Below are positions 30,063 through 40,937 of a stretch of DNA of 64,000 nucleotides, one piece after another. Origin of the DNA: Maribacter halichondriae (GTDB lineage Bacteria; Bacteroidota; Bacteroidia; Flavobacteriales; Flavobacteriaceae); the NCBI RefSeq assembly GCF_027474825.1, contig NZ_CP107030.1, positions 1,430,529 through 1,494,528 on the forward strand. The letters run 5' to 3'. The translations under genes were made by a program, and so were the position numbers. Below the pieces are notes generated by a model that was given only the letters and a program-made list of their open reading frames with translations, ran no database searches and was not told the DNA's origin. The first letter of the stretch is position 1; every line of letters starts with the position of its first letter.

Positions 30063-31154
30063 TTACCTAGTCTTGGCCTTTTGCTTGGCAGCCTCGTTAC
30101 GTTCAATATTATGGCCGGGCCTTGTCCATTTTGGTTTTTCGCCCAAAGGTTGTAGTTCGGAATCTTCGGCTTCGACGGTTTTGGGTTGGGAAATCTTGGT
30201 AAAGGGCTTCTGGGGATTTAATCCTAACAATCGGAACATCTCCATATCCTCATTGACATCGGGGTTCGGCGTGGTCAATAATTTGTCGCCCGCAAAAATG
30301 GAATTGGCCCCGGCGAAGAAACACATGGCCTGCCCTTCGCGGCTCATTTCGGTACGACCAGCGGACAAGCGTACTTGGGTCTCTGGCATAACTATACGGG
30401 TGGTAGCGACCATTCGTATCATCTCCCAAATGGAAATAGGTTCGATATCCTCCATCGGGGTACCTTCTACTGCCACCAATGCATTGATAGGCACCGATTC
30501 AGGTTGTGGATTCAAAGATGCCAAAGCGGCCAACATTCCGGCGCGGTCTTCCAATTTTTCTCCCATTCCGATGATTCCCCCGCTACAAACCGTAACATTG
30601 CTTTTACGCACATTATCTATGGTCTCCAATCGGTCTTCAAAAGCTCGGGTAGAAATGACATCCTTATAATAATCTTCTGAAGTATCCAGATTATGGTTGT
30701 AGGCATAAAGACCTGCTTCGGCCAATCGTTTCGCCTGGTTCTCGGTCAACATGCCCAAAGTACAGCAGACCTCCATATCCAATTTATTGATGGTGCGCAC
30801 CATTTCGAGCACTTGGTCAAATTCCGGTCCATCCTTCACGTTCCGCCATGCCGCACCCATACACACTCTAGAACTTCCGGAAGCTTTGGCACGCAAGGCC
30901 TGTGCCTTTACGTAGGATACAGTCATCAAGTCATTGGTCTCGATATCGGTATGATAGCGCGCTGCTTGGGGGCAATACCCACAATCTTCAGGACACCCCC
31001 CAGTTTTGATGGAAAGCAAAGTAGACACCTGTACCGTATTCGGATCATGGTGTAACCTATGAATGGTGGCGGCTTCATAGAGCAACTCCATCAAAGGTTT
31101 GTTATAGATATCAAGAATTTCCTGTTTAGTCCAGTTGTGTTTTACTTCGCTCAT
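30063..31154 (-). CDS. bioB: Biotin synthase
   Basis: Radical-SAM CPEDCGYC motif. Full-length BioB similarity with a C-terminal extension. Confidence 0.9.
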   Translation of the reverse strand: MSEVKHNWTKQEILDIYNKPLMELLYEAATIHRLHHDPNTVQVSTLLSIKTGGCPEDCGYCPQAARYHTDIETNDLMTVSYVKAQALRAKASGSSRVCMGAAWRNVKDGPEFDQVLEMVRTINKLDMEVCCTLGMLTENQAKRLAEAGLYAYNHNLDTSEDYYKDVISTRAFEDRLETIDNVRKSNVTVCSGGIIGMGEKLEDRAGMLAALASLNPQPESVPINALVAVEGTPMEDIEPISIWEMIRMVATTRIVMPETQVRLSAGRTEMSREGQAMCFFAGANSIFAGDKLLTTPNPDVNEDMEMFRLLGLNPQKPFTKISQPKTVEAEDSELQPLGEKPKWTRPGHNIERNEAAKQKAKTR

Positions 31155-31280
31155 TGTTTGAATATAACCAAGTCAAAAATAGCCTTTATGAAAATTAAAT
31201 TCTACTATTCAGGGGCCAAATTCCAAAAAAAGCCCCAAAACTAGTTGCCTTGGGACTTTGATTTACTAGAAAAAGAAGCA

Positions 31281-32720
31281 TCATAACTCTCCCTCACTTT
31301 TTTTAGGTTTTGCAGCTTCCTTAACATCAGTTTTCACTTCTTCCCCTTCGACATCCTTACCTTTTAAGTATTCGGGTAATTGCATCCCCGCCATATTGAA
31401 CATCTCTTGAAGGGGTGGTACCGATTTGTACATCCCCGAAATAAAGTTGGCCGTAGAGCCCTTTCCATCCGCGGTTTTTGCGCCAGAATCCCACACTGTA
31501 ACCTTATCGATCTTAATGTTCTTGATCGCTTCGGCTTGGGTTTTGACCAACTCGGGGAGTTTGTCGGCAATCAACAACAACACTGCATCTTTTGGATTGT
31601 TTCCGGCTGCTTTGACGATCTCATCAAGCCCCTGTGCCTGTTTGGTCAACACCTCCAACAACCCCTGAGCTTCGGCCTGCGCTTTGAATAGGATGGCATC
31701 AGCCTCACCTTTTGCCCGACGACGAATTTTTTCAGCTTCGGCCTCGGCATCGATTTCCACCTTCTTTTTGTCAATTTCCGCAGGAACCACAATATCGGCC
31801 ATTTGCGAGCTTCGTACACGTTCTGCCCTCGCAACTTCAGCCAATTGTTCCGCTGCATATGATTCTTCCAGCGCTTTTGCAGTTTGGACCTTTTCGGAAG
31901 CTATCGCGGTACGTTCGGCTTCCGCTTCGCGTTGACGGCGTAATGAATCCGAGTTCGCCACATTGATTTTGGCAATGTTCTCACCCTCTACTGCTTGGGC
32001 ATTGGCTGCCGCCACCTGTGTACGCTCATCCTGTAGGGCATTTGCCTCACCAATGGAACCATCCCTGTTCTTTTCGGCCACCGATTTACGGGCGGCGTTG
32101 ATCGCATGCGCCGCGGCTTCTTTACCCAATGCTTCGATATAGCCCGATTCATCAACGATATCGGTAATGTTCACGTTGATTAATTTTAGACCTACTTTCT
32201 TCAACTCAGATTCAACACTTTCAGAAATATTGGTCAAAAATTTATCCCTATCTGAATTGATCTCTTCGATATCCATCGAAGCTACGACCAAACGTAACTG
32301 TCCGAAAATGATTTCTTGGGCCAGTTCTTGAATTTCATTCTGGCCAAGTCCCAATAGACGCTCCGCGGCATTTTGCATAATTCCGGGCTCGGTTGAGACC
32401 CCAATGGTAAAACGAGAAGGGACATTGACACGAATGTTCTGTTTACTCAGAGCATTGACCAGATTCACCTCTATTGAAATAGGGGTCAAATCCAAAAACT
32501 GATAATCCTGAACTACGGGCCAAATAAATGCCGCTCCACCATGAATACATTTGGCAGAATTACCACCGCCAACTTTTCCGTACACCACAAGTATGCGATC
32601 CGAAGGACAACGCTTATACCTTCGAATAAAAGATATGATAATGATAAAAAAGAACAGGATCGCAAAGCCAATGGCCAATAATGAGGCGCTGCCGCCCAAT
32701 TGTAAGGGTAGTAAAAGCAT
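31281..32720 (-). CDS. Flotillin-like SPFH/band-7 domain protein
   Basis: N-terminal TM. SPFH domain. Long E/A/Q-rich coiled-coil. Confidence 0.8.
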   Translation of the reverse strand: MLLLPLQLGGSASLLAIGFAILFFFIIIISFIRRYKRCPSDRILVVYGKVGGGNSAKCIHGGAAFIWPVVQDYQFLDLTPISIEVNLVNALSKQNIRVNVPSRFTIGVSTEPGIMQNAAERLLGLGQNEIQELAQEIIFGQLRLVVASMDIEEINSDRDKFLTNISESVESELKKVGLKLINVNITDIVDESGYIEALGKEAAAHAINAARKSVAEKNRDGSIGEANALQDERTQVAAANAQAVEGENIAKINVANSDSLRRQREAEAERTAIASEKVQTAKALEESYAAEQLAEVARAERVRSSQMADIVVPAEIDKKKVEIDAEAEAEKIRRRAKGEADAILFKAQAEAQGLLEVLTKQAQGLDEIVKAAGNNPKDAVLLLIADKLPELVKTQAEAIKNIKIDKVTVWDSGAKTADGKGSTANFISGMYKSVPPLQEMFNMAGMQLPEYLKGKDVEGEEVKTDVKEAAKPKKSEGEL

Positions 32721-32724
32721 ATGG

Positions 32725-33305
32725 TTATTTATTTAGTAGTTCAACAATTAGTATTCCGTTATCGGTGACATCCTTGACGCGTACAACATTACCGAGAACA
32801 AGGTCTTTCTGTTCGTCGGTAAGGGCTTCCAATTCACGTAAGGTTCCCTGAACGGTGACACTGACCTTTCCGATTTTAGAGCGATTGGCACCGATGGTCA
32901 AATAGACTTCTCCGACTTGATTCAATGCATTTTTCAACTTTAGGGTACCACTACTCTGCAGTTTTCCCAAATAGTAAAAAAGGAAGCCATGGCTAGCATC
33001 ATCAGCAACCCACAGACGACCGAAATCATCACGGTCAATCCCTTGGATAGTCCACCATCGAGACAGGCAATGCCCGACCAGCCGAAAATAGTCAAAAAGC
33101 CCATTAAATTCTTGAAGGACAAAAATTGAAATCCTATCCCATGATCTCCTTCAATATCGGCATCGACATCACCTCCGTCCATGTCTTCGGCATCACCCCC
33201 TAACAAGGTAAGAATGACGAGAATTGTCAAGATTACCGATGCTATCAAGGCCACGCCCCAATAAATTTTTTCGAACAACGTCAAAGCTGAAAACCATTCT
33301 TCCAT
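32725..33305 (-). pseudogene. NfeD-like membrane protein (partner of flotillin), with an apparent frameshift at an A6/T-run at 32960-32971
   Basis: The 121-aa membrane ORF and the 81-aa OB-fold beta-barrel ORF overlap by 31 nt. One extra T gives ...MASFFTILGKLQSSGTLKL... Confidence 0.7.
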
Positions 33306-33374
33306 AGACTTGTATTTTGGTTTAGTATTGAAAGATAGAACCTTTTACGAAATATTTTCTTAAAAATCGGACCC

Positions 33375-34529
33375 CTACTTTGTAAGTAGAACACTCACGG
33401 CATTTCCGCCGAAACCCACCGCATTGACCATGACTTTTTGAACTTTACTCGGCGTTGAACCGTAAGCTGTAAAGGGCACGGCAACAATTTTTTGATACCG
33501 CAACATCAATATGGCCAATTCGATACTTAACATTCCCGAAGCACCAAAGGTGTGACCTACTTTCCATTTATTGGTAGTCAAGAACGGCTTTTTGTTACAG
33601 AACACTTTTACTATTGCCTTAAACTCGGATACATCGCCTTTTATAGTTCCTGGGGCATGCATTACAATTACATCGACCTCTTTAGGCTTGGTTTTTCCCA
33701 AGGCCATCGTCATGGAACGCTGAAAACATTTCGCATCGGCTGAAATGGAAATGTTATGTTCCAATATTTCCGTGGCGTACCCTACTCCCTCGATGACCGC
33801 CAAGGTATTTTCAGGGGTTCCGTTTTCCAAGCAAGCTATCGACGCGCCTTCACCCAAGACCATAGTGTTGTGCATTTTTTCCAAATCCATCGCCCGGCAA
33901 GGATAGTCCGATTTTCCATTTGAATAAATCTTCATAGCCTTCATCTGGGCAATCGTAAACGGTGTCAAAGGGGCTTCGCTACCACCCACCAAGAATTTGT
34001 TGGCCATGCCACTTTTAATCCATGCCATGCCGTTCAAAAGCGCATGCAAAGCCGTTGAACAGGTAATGGAATGTGATATTTCTGGACCCAAAGTTTGAAG
34101 GTCATGCGCCACCCAAGAAGATATATTGCCCAAAGTCGTGGTCGGTGACGACAATGTGGATGCTCTTTTCTTCAGGATAAACTCTTCGTGGTATTTTTCA
34201 AAAAGTGAAGTCGCCCCACGTGATGAACCGATATTGATTCCGAAATTCTTGTCATTTTGCCATCCGGCATTTTCAATTGCCTTACGGGATGCATAGATAG
34301 CATACAACACGCTATCGTCTAGATTCTTGTGTTTTGAATCTGACGACCTCAACATTTCTATTTCTTGTTTTGAAGATTTGGATAATGGGGCAATCCATTC
34401 CAACCCATGGCCGAAATCTCTTTTTTGAAAAAGATGATTTGGGCTTTGGTACGAACTCCATATCTCTTCTAAGGTAGCGCCCAATGGAGAAATTGAAGAC
34501 AATGCGGTTATTGAAATGGGTTCTATCAA
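33375..34529 (-). CDS. Beta-ketoacyl-ACP synthase I/II-like enzyme embedded in the biotin cluster
   Basis: Active-site Cys (SITCSTALHAL). His in MHAPGTIKGD. GHTFGASG motif. 384 aa. Confidence 0.75.
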   Translation of the reverse strand: MIEPISITALSSISPLGATLEEIWSSYQSPNHLFQKRDFGHGLEWIAPLSKSSKQEIEMLRSSDSKHKNLDDSVLYAIYASRKAIENAGWQNDKNFGINIGSSRGATSLFEKYHEEFILKKRASTLSSPTTTLGNISSWVAHDLQTLGPEISHSITCSTALHALLNGMAWIKSGMANKFLVGGSEAPLTPFTIAQMKAMKIYSNGKSDYPCRAMDLEKMHNTMVLGEGASIACLENGTPENTLAVIEGVGYATEILEHNISISADAKCFQRSMTMALGKTKPKEVDVIVMHAPGTIKGDVSEFKAIVKVFCNKKPFLTTNKWKVGHTFGASGMLSIELAILMLRYQKIVAVPFTAYGSTPSKVQKVMVNAVGFGGNAVSVLLTK

Positions 34530-34542
34530 GATTAATTTATTA

Positions 34543-35868
34543 TTAAATGATTTCTAAAACACTTTTAATAGTATCGTAAATCTTTTGTAGCTGCTCATCG
34601 GAAATGATATAAGGTGCCTGAATATAAATCGTATTCCCCAACGGACGTAGAAAAACCCCCTTGTCCATAAAATGTTTGAAGAGTTTGTCACGTAGATTGC
34701 CATAGCGTTCCATTTTGATATTCAAATCGAACGCATAGACGATTCCACATTGTCGGGTTGACCCCACGTTTTTATGATTTTTAATTTCATTATCAAATTG
34801 TTGATGTGATGTTGTAATGCGCTGAATGTTATTTTGAATTTCCTTGGATTGCAGCAATTCCAATCCCGCAAGCGCCGCAGTACAAGCTAACGGATTTGCA
34901 GTATAGGTATGCCCATGGAAAAGTCCTTTTGCCAAGTGGTCACTATAAAAAGCATCGTACACCTTTTGGGTACAACTGGTTATGGCCATAGGCATCAAAC
35001 CCGCTGTAAGGGCTTTTGATAAGCAGATAATATCCGGTTTGGTCTCGATATGATCGGAAGCAAAGTTCCTCCCCGTCTTACCAAAACCCGTCATGACCTC
35101 ATCGGCTATGGTCAAGACATTATGCTTCTTGAGCAATTTCAGAATTTCATTGAGTCCGTCCGCATCATGCATTTTCATGGCCGCCGCGCCTTGTACCAAA
35201 GGTTCGTAGACAAATCCAGCTATATTCTTATGCTCCACTAGTCGTGATAATTTCGTCAACAGATTATCCAAATTTTCTTTTGTTGGCACAGGAATACGTT
35301 CCACCTCGATAAAAAAATCCTCAAACGGACCATTGTAGACTGACAGGCCCGAAACGGACATTGCACCGAAGGTATCACCGTGAAATCCATCCTCAAAGGC
35401 GAGCATCACATTTCGCTTTTCACCTTGATTAAAATGGTATTGCAGGGCCATTTTGATTCCGATTTCCACTGCAGTGGAACCGTTATCTGAAAAAAATAGC
35501 TTTTGTTGGTTGTCGGGAAGTATCTTGATAAGTTCTTCGGATAATTTGACCGCTGGTTCATGGGTAAACCCACTGAAGACTACTTGGTCCAATGTTCGCA
35601 TTTGGGCAGCTACCTTATCCAAGATGAAGTCGTTACAATGACCGTACATACTCGTGTACCAAGAGGCAATTCCGTCAATATACTCCTTTCCGTTTTCATC
35701 ATGCAAAACCGCCCCTTTGGCCCTTACGATACCCAACATTTCAGGGTGCAGTTTATGTTGGGTCAACGGATGCCACAGGTATTTTTGATCTCTTTCCGTT
35801 AGATTTTTCAGGACCGTATCCTTCATGGAATGTGTGATTTCTCTATCTTGCAAAGATGGGAAAATCAT
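34543..35868 (-). CDS. bioA: Adenosylmethionine-8-amino-7-oxononanoate aminotransferase
   Basis: Class-III aminotransferase with a BioA-like N-terminus (DxxxLWHP). The true start is probably the internal MKDTVLKNL. Confidence 0.85.
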   Translation of the reverse strand: MIFPSLQDREITHSMKDTVLKNLTERDQKYLWHPLTQHKLHPEMLGIVRAKGAVLHDENGKEYIDGIASWYTSMYGHCNDFILDKVAAQMRTLDQVVFSGFTHEPAVKLSEELIKILPDNQQKLFFSDNGSTAVEIGIKMALQYHFNQGEKRNVMLAFEDGFHGDTFGAMSVSGLSVYNGPFEDFFIEVERIPVPTKENLDNLLTKLSRLVEHKNIAGFVYEPLVQGAAAMKMHDADGLNEILKLLKKHNVLTIADEVMTGFGKTGRNFASDHIETKPDIICLSKALTAGLMPMAITSCTQKVYDAFYSDHLAKGLFHGHTYTANPLACTAALAGLELLQSKEIQNNIQRITTSHQQFDNEIKNHKNVGSTRQCGIVYAFDLNIKMERYGNLRDKLFKHFMDKGVFLRPLGNTIYIQAPYIISDEQLQKIYDTIKSVLEII

Positions 35869-37366
35869 CCCAAAACGACCTATGTTGAACAGGCTTATAA
35901 ATTTTCTGACTCCCGATTATTCTAAGTTGAAAAACTGGATGGTTTTCCTGATACTATCCATCGTTTCATTACTTATCAGATTGCCCTTTTTCTTCCGAGA
36001 TTATATCGACCGCGACGAAAGTACCTTTATCTTGATGGGGCAGTCATGGGTCGATGGGCATTTGCCGTACACCGAATTGTGGGATTTAAAACCGCCCATG
36101 ACTTTTATGTTTTTTGCGGCCATTATCTATAGTTTTGGAAAGAGCTTTTTCGCTATTCGGCTTTTTGGTGCTTTGCTCGTAGCGAGTACGGCTTTTTTTT
36201 CCTTCAAGATCGGTGCTGACGTATATTCTAAAAAAGTTGGGTTTTGGGCAGGAATCTTCTGTGTTATCCTTCAAAGTATGTTCGGAAGTATTCAAGGGGT
36301 TATGTCGGAACATATATGCATGGCCTTTTTCATGCCCGGACTCTATTTCTTTATCAAATCAGATAAAGCCCATAACTATTTAATCGCCGGCCTCTTGATG
36401 GGGTTGGCGGTTATGACCAAATTGAACATTGCCTACGCAGTCTTATTTGTTGGTATTTATATCCCTGTTCTATATTTTAAGAAGAATGTTTTTTTTAAAG
36501 GATTGCTACGATTTGTAGTATATGGACTTGGCATTCTGAGCATCGTACTTTTAACTTGGCTTCCGTATTATTTCCAGGGAATATCAGAGGTGTGGTGGAA
36601 ATCGGTGGTGTTAGCGGCATTGGAATATGCGGATGCAAGAAGGGATTTAGCTTCCCTTGCGCCGGCCTTTATTGTTTTAGTGGCTTTTTTCGTCTGGGCA
36701 TGGCAGAAAAACTATCTTGATTTCAAGAATATTAAAATACAGCTATTACTGGTGTCCCTTTTGGGAGTACTCCTTTCATTTTATAAAGCTGGGCGCATCA
36801 ATAGCCATTATTTGATTCAATTATATCCTATTTTAATTATACTTATCGCCATTATCGTAAGTAAGGTCAAAATTTTTCAAAGACTTGATTACGCCCCTTA
36901 TGTTTTCTTTTTGTTCGTGTTGCTTCCTCTAGAGAGCTATCTGGAATATTTCGCTATCGCAAAAAACAAAATAGAGCGGGGTACTTTCTACAATGGCGAA
37001 GGAATAACCGTTCCCGAATATCTAATCAAGAACAATCTAGAAACAAAAAATGTACTTTTTTTTGGTTACCATATCGGCTACTGGAAATTAGGAGCAACAC
37101 CTCCTACGAAGGCGGCAACACATCCGAGCAATATATGCCGAAATGAACTATTCCCCTATTTTGAAAACCCTAGGTTAAAAGCTGTTGATGAGTTGGAACA
37201 CATCATGAATGAAATTCGGCCAAAAATTGTGGTGACCCGAAAGAACAGATTGGTTTTCCATGAAAAAATGGAAGCAGAAAATCAATATGTCGACTCATAT
37301 CTAGAGGTTCACTATAAAGTTCTTGCGACCGTTGATGGTGCCGAAATCTATGAGCGATTAGAGTGA
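35825..37366 (+). CDS. GT-C family glycosyltransferase (GT39/ArnT-like), polytopic membrane protein
   Basis: DE motif in the first periplasmic loop (FFFRDYIDRDESTF). About 12 TM helices. Confidence 0.6.
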   Translation: MECVISLSCKDGKIIPKRPMLNRLINFLTPDYSKLKNWMVFLILSIVSLLIRLPFFFRDYIDRDESTFILMGQSWVDGHLPYTELWDLKPPMTFMFFAAIIYSFGKSFFAIRLFGALLVASTAFFSFKIGADVYSKKVGFWAGIFCVILQSMFGSIQGVMSEHICMAFFMPGLYFFIKSDKAHNYLIAGLLMGLAVMTKLNIAYAVLFVGIYIPVLYFKKNVFFKGLLRFVVYGLGILSIVLLTWLPYYFQGISEVWWKSVVLAALEYADARRDLASLAPAFIVLVAFFVWAWQKNYLDFKNIKIQLLLVSLLGVLLSFYKAGRINSHYLIQLYPILIILIAIIVSKVKIFQRLDYAPYVFFLFVLLPLESYLEYFAIAKNKIERGTFYNGEGITVPEYLIKNNLETKNVLFFGYHIGYWKLGATPPTKAATHPSNICRNELFPYFENPRLKAVDELEHIMNEIRPKIVVTRKNRLVFHEKMEAENQYVDSYLEVHYKVLATVDGAEIYERLE

Positions 37367-37975
37367 AACCAATACCGGTCGTAACAAATTGGCATATTTC
37401 TTTATTACCTTTTTATCAAAAACGCCCTCTTCTTCGATGCGTCCTAATATTGGGGCTCCGGTCTTTTTAGAAATGATTTCTTCCGTTGTAGTATGTTCAT
37501 TGCCGCTAAATAATATAGAGACGTCATAACCTCTGTTTTGGAGCCACCCAACCGTTAATAGGGTTTGGTTTATACTGCCGAGATAATGTCTTGACACGAC
37601 TACAACTTTATATTGGGGCATGATAATATCGAGAATGGTATCCTCATCATTTAGAGGGACCAAGAGCCCCCCGGCACCTTCAATAACCAGATGGTTGTTC
37701 GTTGCAGGTGCTTGAATGTTGTTGCGTTCGATGTGTACACCATCAATCTCGGCAGCGGCATGTGGACTCATCGGAGTTCCAAGTTCGTAGGCGCTTTTAT
37801 GAACGACCGATTTGGTATTTGAAATTAGTTCTTTGATTTTGTGGCTATCGGTATGTTGTAAATCACCGGCCTGAACGGGTTTCCAATAATCGGCTTCCAG
37901 AGCTTCAGTAATAATAGCGGATGCGATGGTCTTACCGACTCCGGTCGAAATACCTGTAATAAAAATTTGCTTCAT
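37358..37975 (-). CDS. bioD: Dethiobiotin synthetase
   Basis: ITGISTGVGKT P-loop. 205 aa. Confidence 0.85.
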   Translation of the reverse strand: MKQIFITGISTGVGKTIASAIITEALEADYWKPVQAGDLQHTDSHKIKELISNTKSVVHKSAYELGTPMSPHAAAEIDGVHIERNNIQAPATNNHLVIEGAGGLLVPLNDEDTILDIIMPQYKVVVVSRHYLGSINQTLLTVGWLQNRGYDVSILFSGNEHTTTEEIISKKTGAPILGRIEEEGVFDKKVIKKYANLLRPVLVSL

Positions 37976-38007
37976 CTTTGCCTATTATTTTTAAAGTATA
38001 GCTTGTG

Positions 38008-38391
38008 TTATGGTTGGTTTGTAATCATTCCGCATTGTAAGCACTTGTACTTTCGCTTTTCAAAAAAGGGAAAGAGCTTATTGAAAATGCCTTTTCGTTC
38101 GTAGTATGCCTCGGACTTTCGAGCCTTGCAATTAGGGCAAATTATTGGGTTACCCTCATCGTCTACGGCATAGGCCCGTATTTCATTATAGATTTCCAAA
38201 GCCTTTTCTTTGTCTCGGCCATAGACTTGAAGCTTTACTCCGCCGATGGCACTGCTTATCAGCGGATCCGAATTCAAGGTATTTTCATCACGCAAGAACA
38301 CCGGAATACCTTCCGACTCCAACTTACCTTTTATAATCTGGACGTCAGCTACAAATTCAAAGGCGCCGAGCGTAAAAAATTTAGGTTCCAT
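38008..38391 (-). CDS. DUF2007-like small protein with a C-terminal zinc ribbon (CPNC...CLQC)
   Basis: 127 aa. Two CxxC pairs. Sits between bioF and bioD. Confidence 0.45.
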   Translation of the reverse strand: MEPKFFTLGAFEFVADVQIIKGKLESEGIPVFLRDENTLNSDPLISSAIGGVKLQVYGRDKEKALEIYNEIRAYAVDDEGNPIICPNCKARKSEAYYERKGIFNKLFPFFEKRKYKCLQCGMITNQP

Positions 38392-38396
38392 GCAAC

Positions 38397-39577
38397 TTAA
38401 AGATACGACTTCAAAAGTTGCAATACTAGGCCTATTTCCTGAAAATCGTTATAGCTATGGAGGCAAAAGCGCAACCTCTCTTGACCATCCGGAACGGTAG
38501 GTGACAAAATAGCCTTAACGTCAAAACCATCATCTCTTAATTTATTCGAGATGGATTTCACTTTTTCGTTTCCCGGAATAATACAGCTCTGAATTGGTGA
38601 ATCACTGGCTATGAAAAATGGTTTTAGGCTCAGGGCTTTTAGTTTTAATTTAAAACGAGAAATATTATTTTGTAGCAACCCTCGGTGCTCTCCCCTTCTT
38701 GCGTCCCCAAATAACGATAGGCCGATGAGATGGTTGCTATGGTATGTGGCGATAATGCAGTGGTATAGATAAAACTTCGCGAAAAATTAATTAGATAATC
38801 AACAAGTGCCTTACTTCCTATAATGGCCGCACCATGGGCACCAATGGATTTTCCGAAGGTCACTATTCTTGCAAAAATAGCATCTTGGATTGCCATATGC
38901 TGTACAATTCCGCTACCATTTTTACCAAAAACACCAATGGCATGGGCTTCATCGATAATGAGGTGATAGCCTTCTTTTTTACCGAAGTCGGACATGGCCT
39001 TCAAATCGGGAGTGTCTCCATCCATGGAAAAGACCGATTCGGTTACGATGTAGACCTCGCAATCAGTGCTTCTCGACTCCGCTTGAAGTGACAGTAATAT
39101 TTTGGATTTTAAATCCTCTAAATCGTTGTGTTTGAATTTATAACTTTTGGCATTGCCCATTTTGATGCCATCACGAATACTGGCATGTATCAATTCATCG
39201 TAAAAAACGAAATCTCCACGCTGTGGAACTGCACTAAAAAAACCAAGGTTGGCATCGTAACCGGAATTAAAGACCAAAGCACTTTCCACGGCATGAAATT
39301 CGCAAAGTCGGGTCTCAAGCTCCGCGTAGAGGGAATGATTGCCCGTAAGCAATCGGGATCCGGAAGCTCCATTTTCTGAAATTCCTTTTTTTAGTAACAA
39401 TTGAAAAGTATCGGCATAAATGGCCTCATTCTTGGCCAAACCTAAGTAGTCATTGGAAGAAAAATCCATTAGATTATGAGGTGTCGGCAACCGTCTAAAA
39501 GCATTTTGCGCTTTTCGTTCCGATAGTTTTTTTTGCAGTTTTTTGGGGAATTCGGCCATATATGCCAAATGTAGCAT
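38397..39577 (-). pseudogene. bioF: 8-amino-7-oxononanoate synthase, with an apparent frameshift around 38660-38700
   Basis: The 310-aa ORF carries the PLP-enzyme N-terminus and core. The overlapping 93-aa ORF carries the BioF C-terminus (AILSPTVPDGQERLRFCLH). Confidence 0.8.
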
Positions 39578-39620
39578 CTTTCTCGAAATCTTGATAGCAC
39601 ATTAGACCCTCAAACGTGAT

Positions 39621-40184
39621 TTATTCGGTTACGCTGAAATCCATCTTGAAGGTATCTGGATTGATGCTGTTTTGAATTTCGATGCTAACGTTATCGTAAT
39701 CTGATTCGCTATAAATGCCCAAATACCCGAAATCAAACCTGAAATTACCTGTCTCGGCCAATATAATGCCGATTCTGGACTCATATTGGGATTTTTCCGT
39801 ATTCAAGACCGCTTGGGCCTCGTTGTAAAACCCACGATACACCGTTCCTTTTTCCGCCAAAAGATAGTCAGAGGCAATATTGATATTCTCATAATCATCA
39901 GAAAAGTTCGAAAATTTTCCCAGACCGAAAGAATACCTGAACTCTTCGGCATCGGTGCTTTCATAAATATCCAATAGATTATCAAAGCCTTCCTCCTGTA
40001 AATATCGGCTAAACTTTACCTCAAAGAAAATTGTATCGCCGACCACATAATTTTCTTGGTTCTCAATAGTCAAAGCATCTTCGATCGTTAAGAAAACATA
40101 ACGGCCGTTATCATCGTAACCGGAATAACACCCCACTAACAAAATATTGAAGCATAAAACTGAAAGTATATAAATTCTTTTCAT
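39621..40184 (-). CDS. Hypothetical lipoprotein
   Basis: Lipobox LLVGC. Confidence 0.45.
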   Translation of the reverse strand: MKRIYILSVLCFNILLVGCYSGYDDNGRYVFLTIEDALTIENQENYVVGDTIFFEVKFSRYLQEEGFDNLLDIYESTDAEEFRYSFGLGKFSNFSDDYENINIASDYLLAEKGTVYRGFYNEAQAVLNTEKSQYESRIGIILAETGNFRFDFGYLGIYSESDYDNVSIEIQNSINPDTFKMDFSVTE

Positions 40185-40196
40185 CTCATTACCTTT

Positions 40197-40784
40197 TTAA
40201 AATCGATAGCCCACTCGAATTCCCGACCGGACCACCGCCCCATCAGGAAAAATGAAAAAAGCATCAAAATTGGTTCGTAGTCCGAATTGCGCTTCTAGAA
40301 GTAACCTGTTCTCACAGAGTAAAAATCGATACCCATACCCTATACCCATACCGATATTATTTTCAATAATGGTACCCTTGGCGTAGACTCCGTAACCTTC
40401 AGTATTTGTATTGCGTATGAATTGGTCTAACTCTTCACTCTCATTGAACGATGCGAAAAGTTCCAAGAAATGACTTTTTCGTTGTGTACCATTAAAATAC
40501 AGACGCCCATACGGAGTGATTTCATAGTTGGTCACGTACTCGTAGGAGTTTCTTGTCTCAAAACCCACTCTCTTATGTGCGTTTCCGTAATTCGAACCGC
40601 CTAGACCTATCGCAAAACGATTGCCCAAGATACGTTCATAGTTCAGGTTTACAGTGCCTAAAAACAAGTAACTCGTATTGTTCGAAATTTGATTTTTGAA
40701 TATTCGAGGTTCATCGGCCTCTTGGGAGAAGCAGCTCAAATAACATCCGAAGAAACAAATAAGCAATAGGCAGAAGGGCTTCAT
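40197..40784 (-). CDS. DUF3575-like outer-membrane beta-barrel protein
   Basis: Signal peptide. Alternating aromatic beta-strand pattern. C-terminal aromatic residue. Confidence 0.45.
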   Translation of the reverse strand: MKPFCLLLICFFGCYLSCFSQEADEPRIFKNQISNNTSYLFLGTVNLNYERILGNRFAIGLGGSNYGNAHKRVGFETRNSYEYVTNYEITPYGRLYFNGTQRKSHFLELFASFNESEELDQFIRNTNTEGYGVYAKGTIIENNIGMGIGYGYRFLLCENRLLLEAQFGLRTNFDAFFIFPDGAVVRSGIRVGYRF

Positions 40785-40937
40785 TCTGTGGGGTTTGATA
40801 AATAGATGTTAATTGCTGAAAAAGGTTGCGAAAAAAAGCAAGTTGATCATTCTTAAATGTTATGGACATCTACCGAAACCTAATAACGAATGCTTTGATT
40901 AATTGTTATATTTAGCCCAGTTCAACAAACCAAGATT

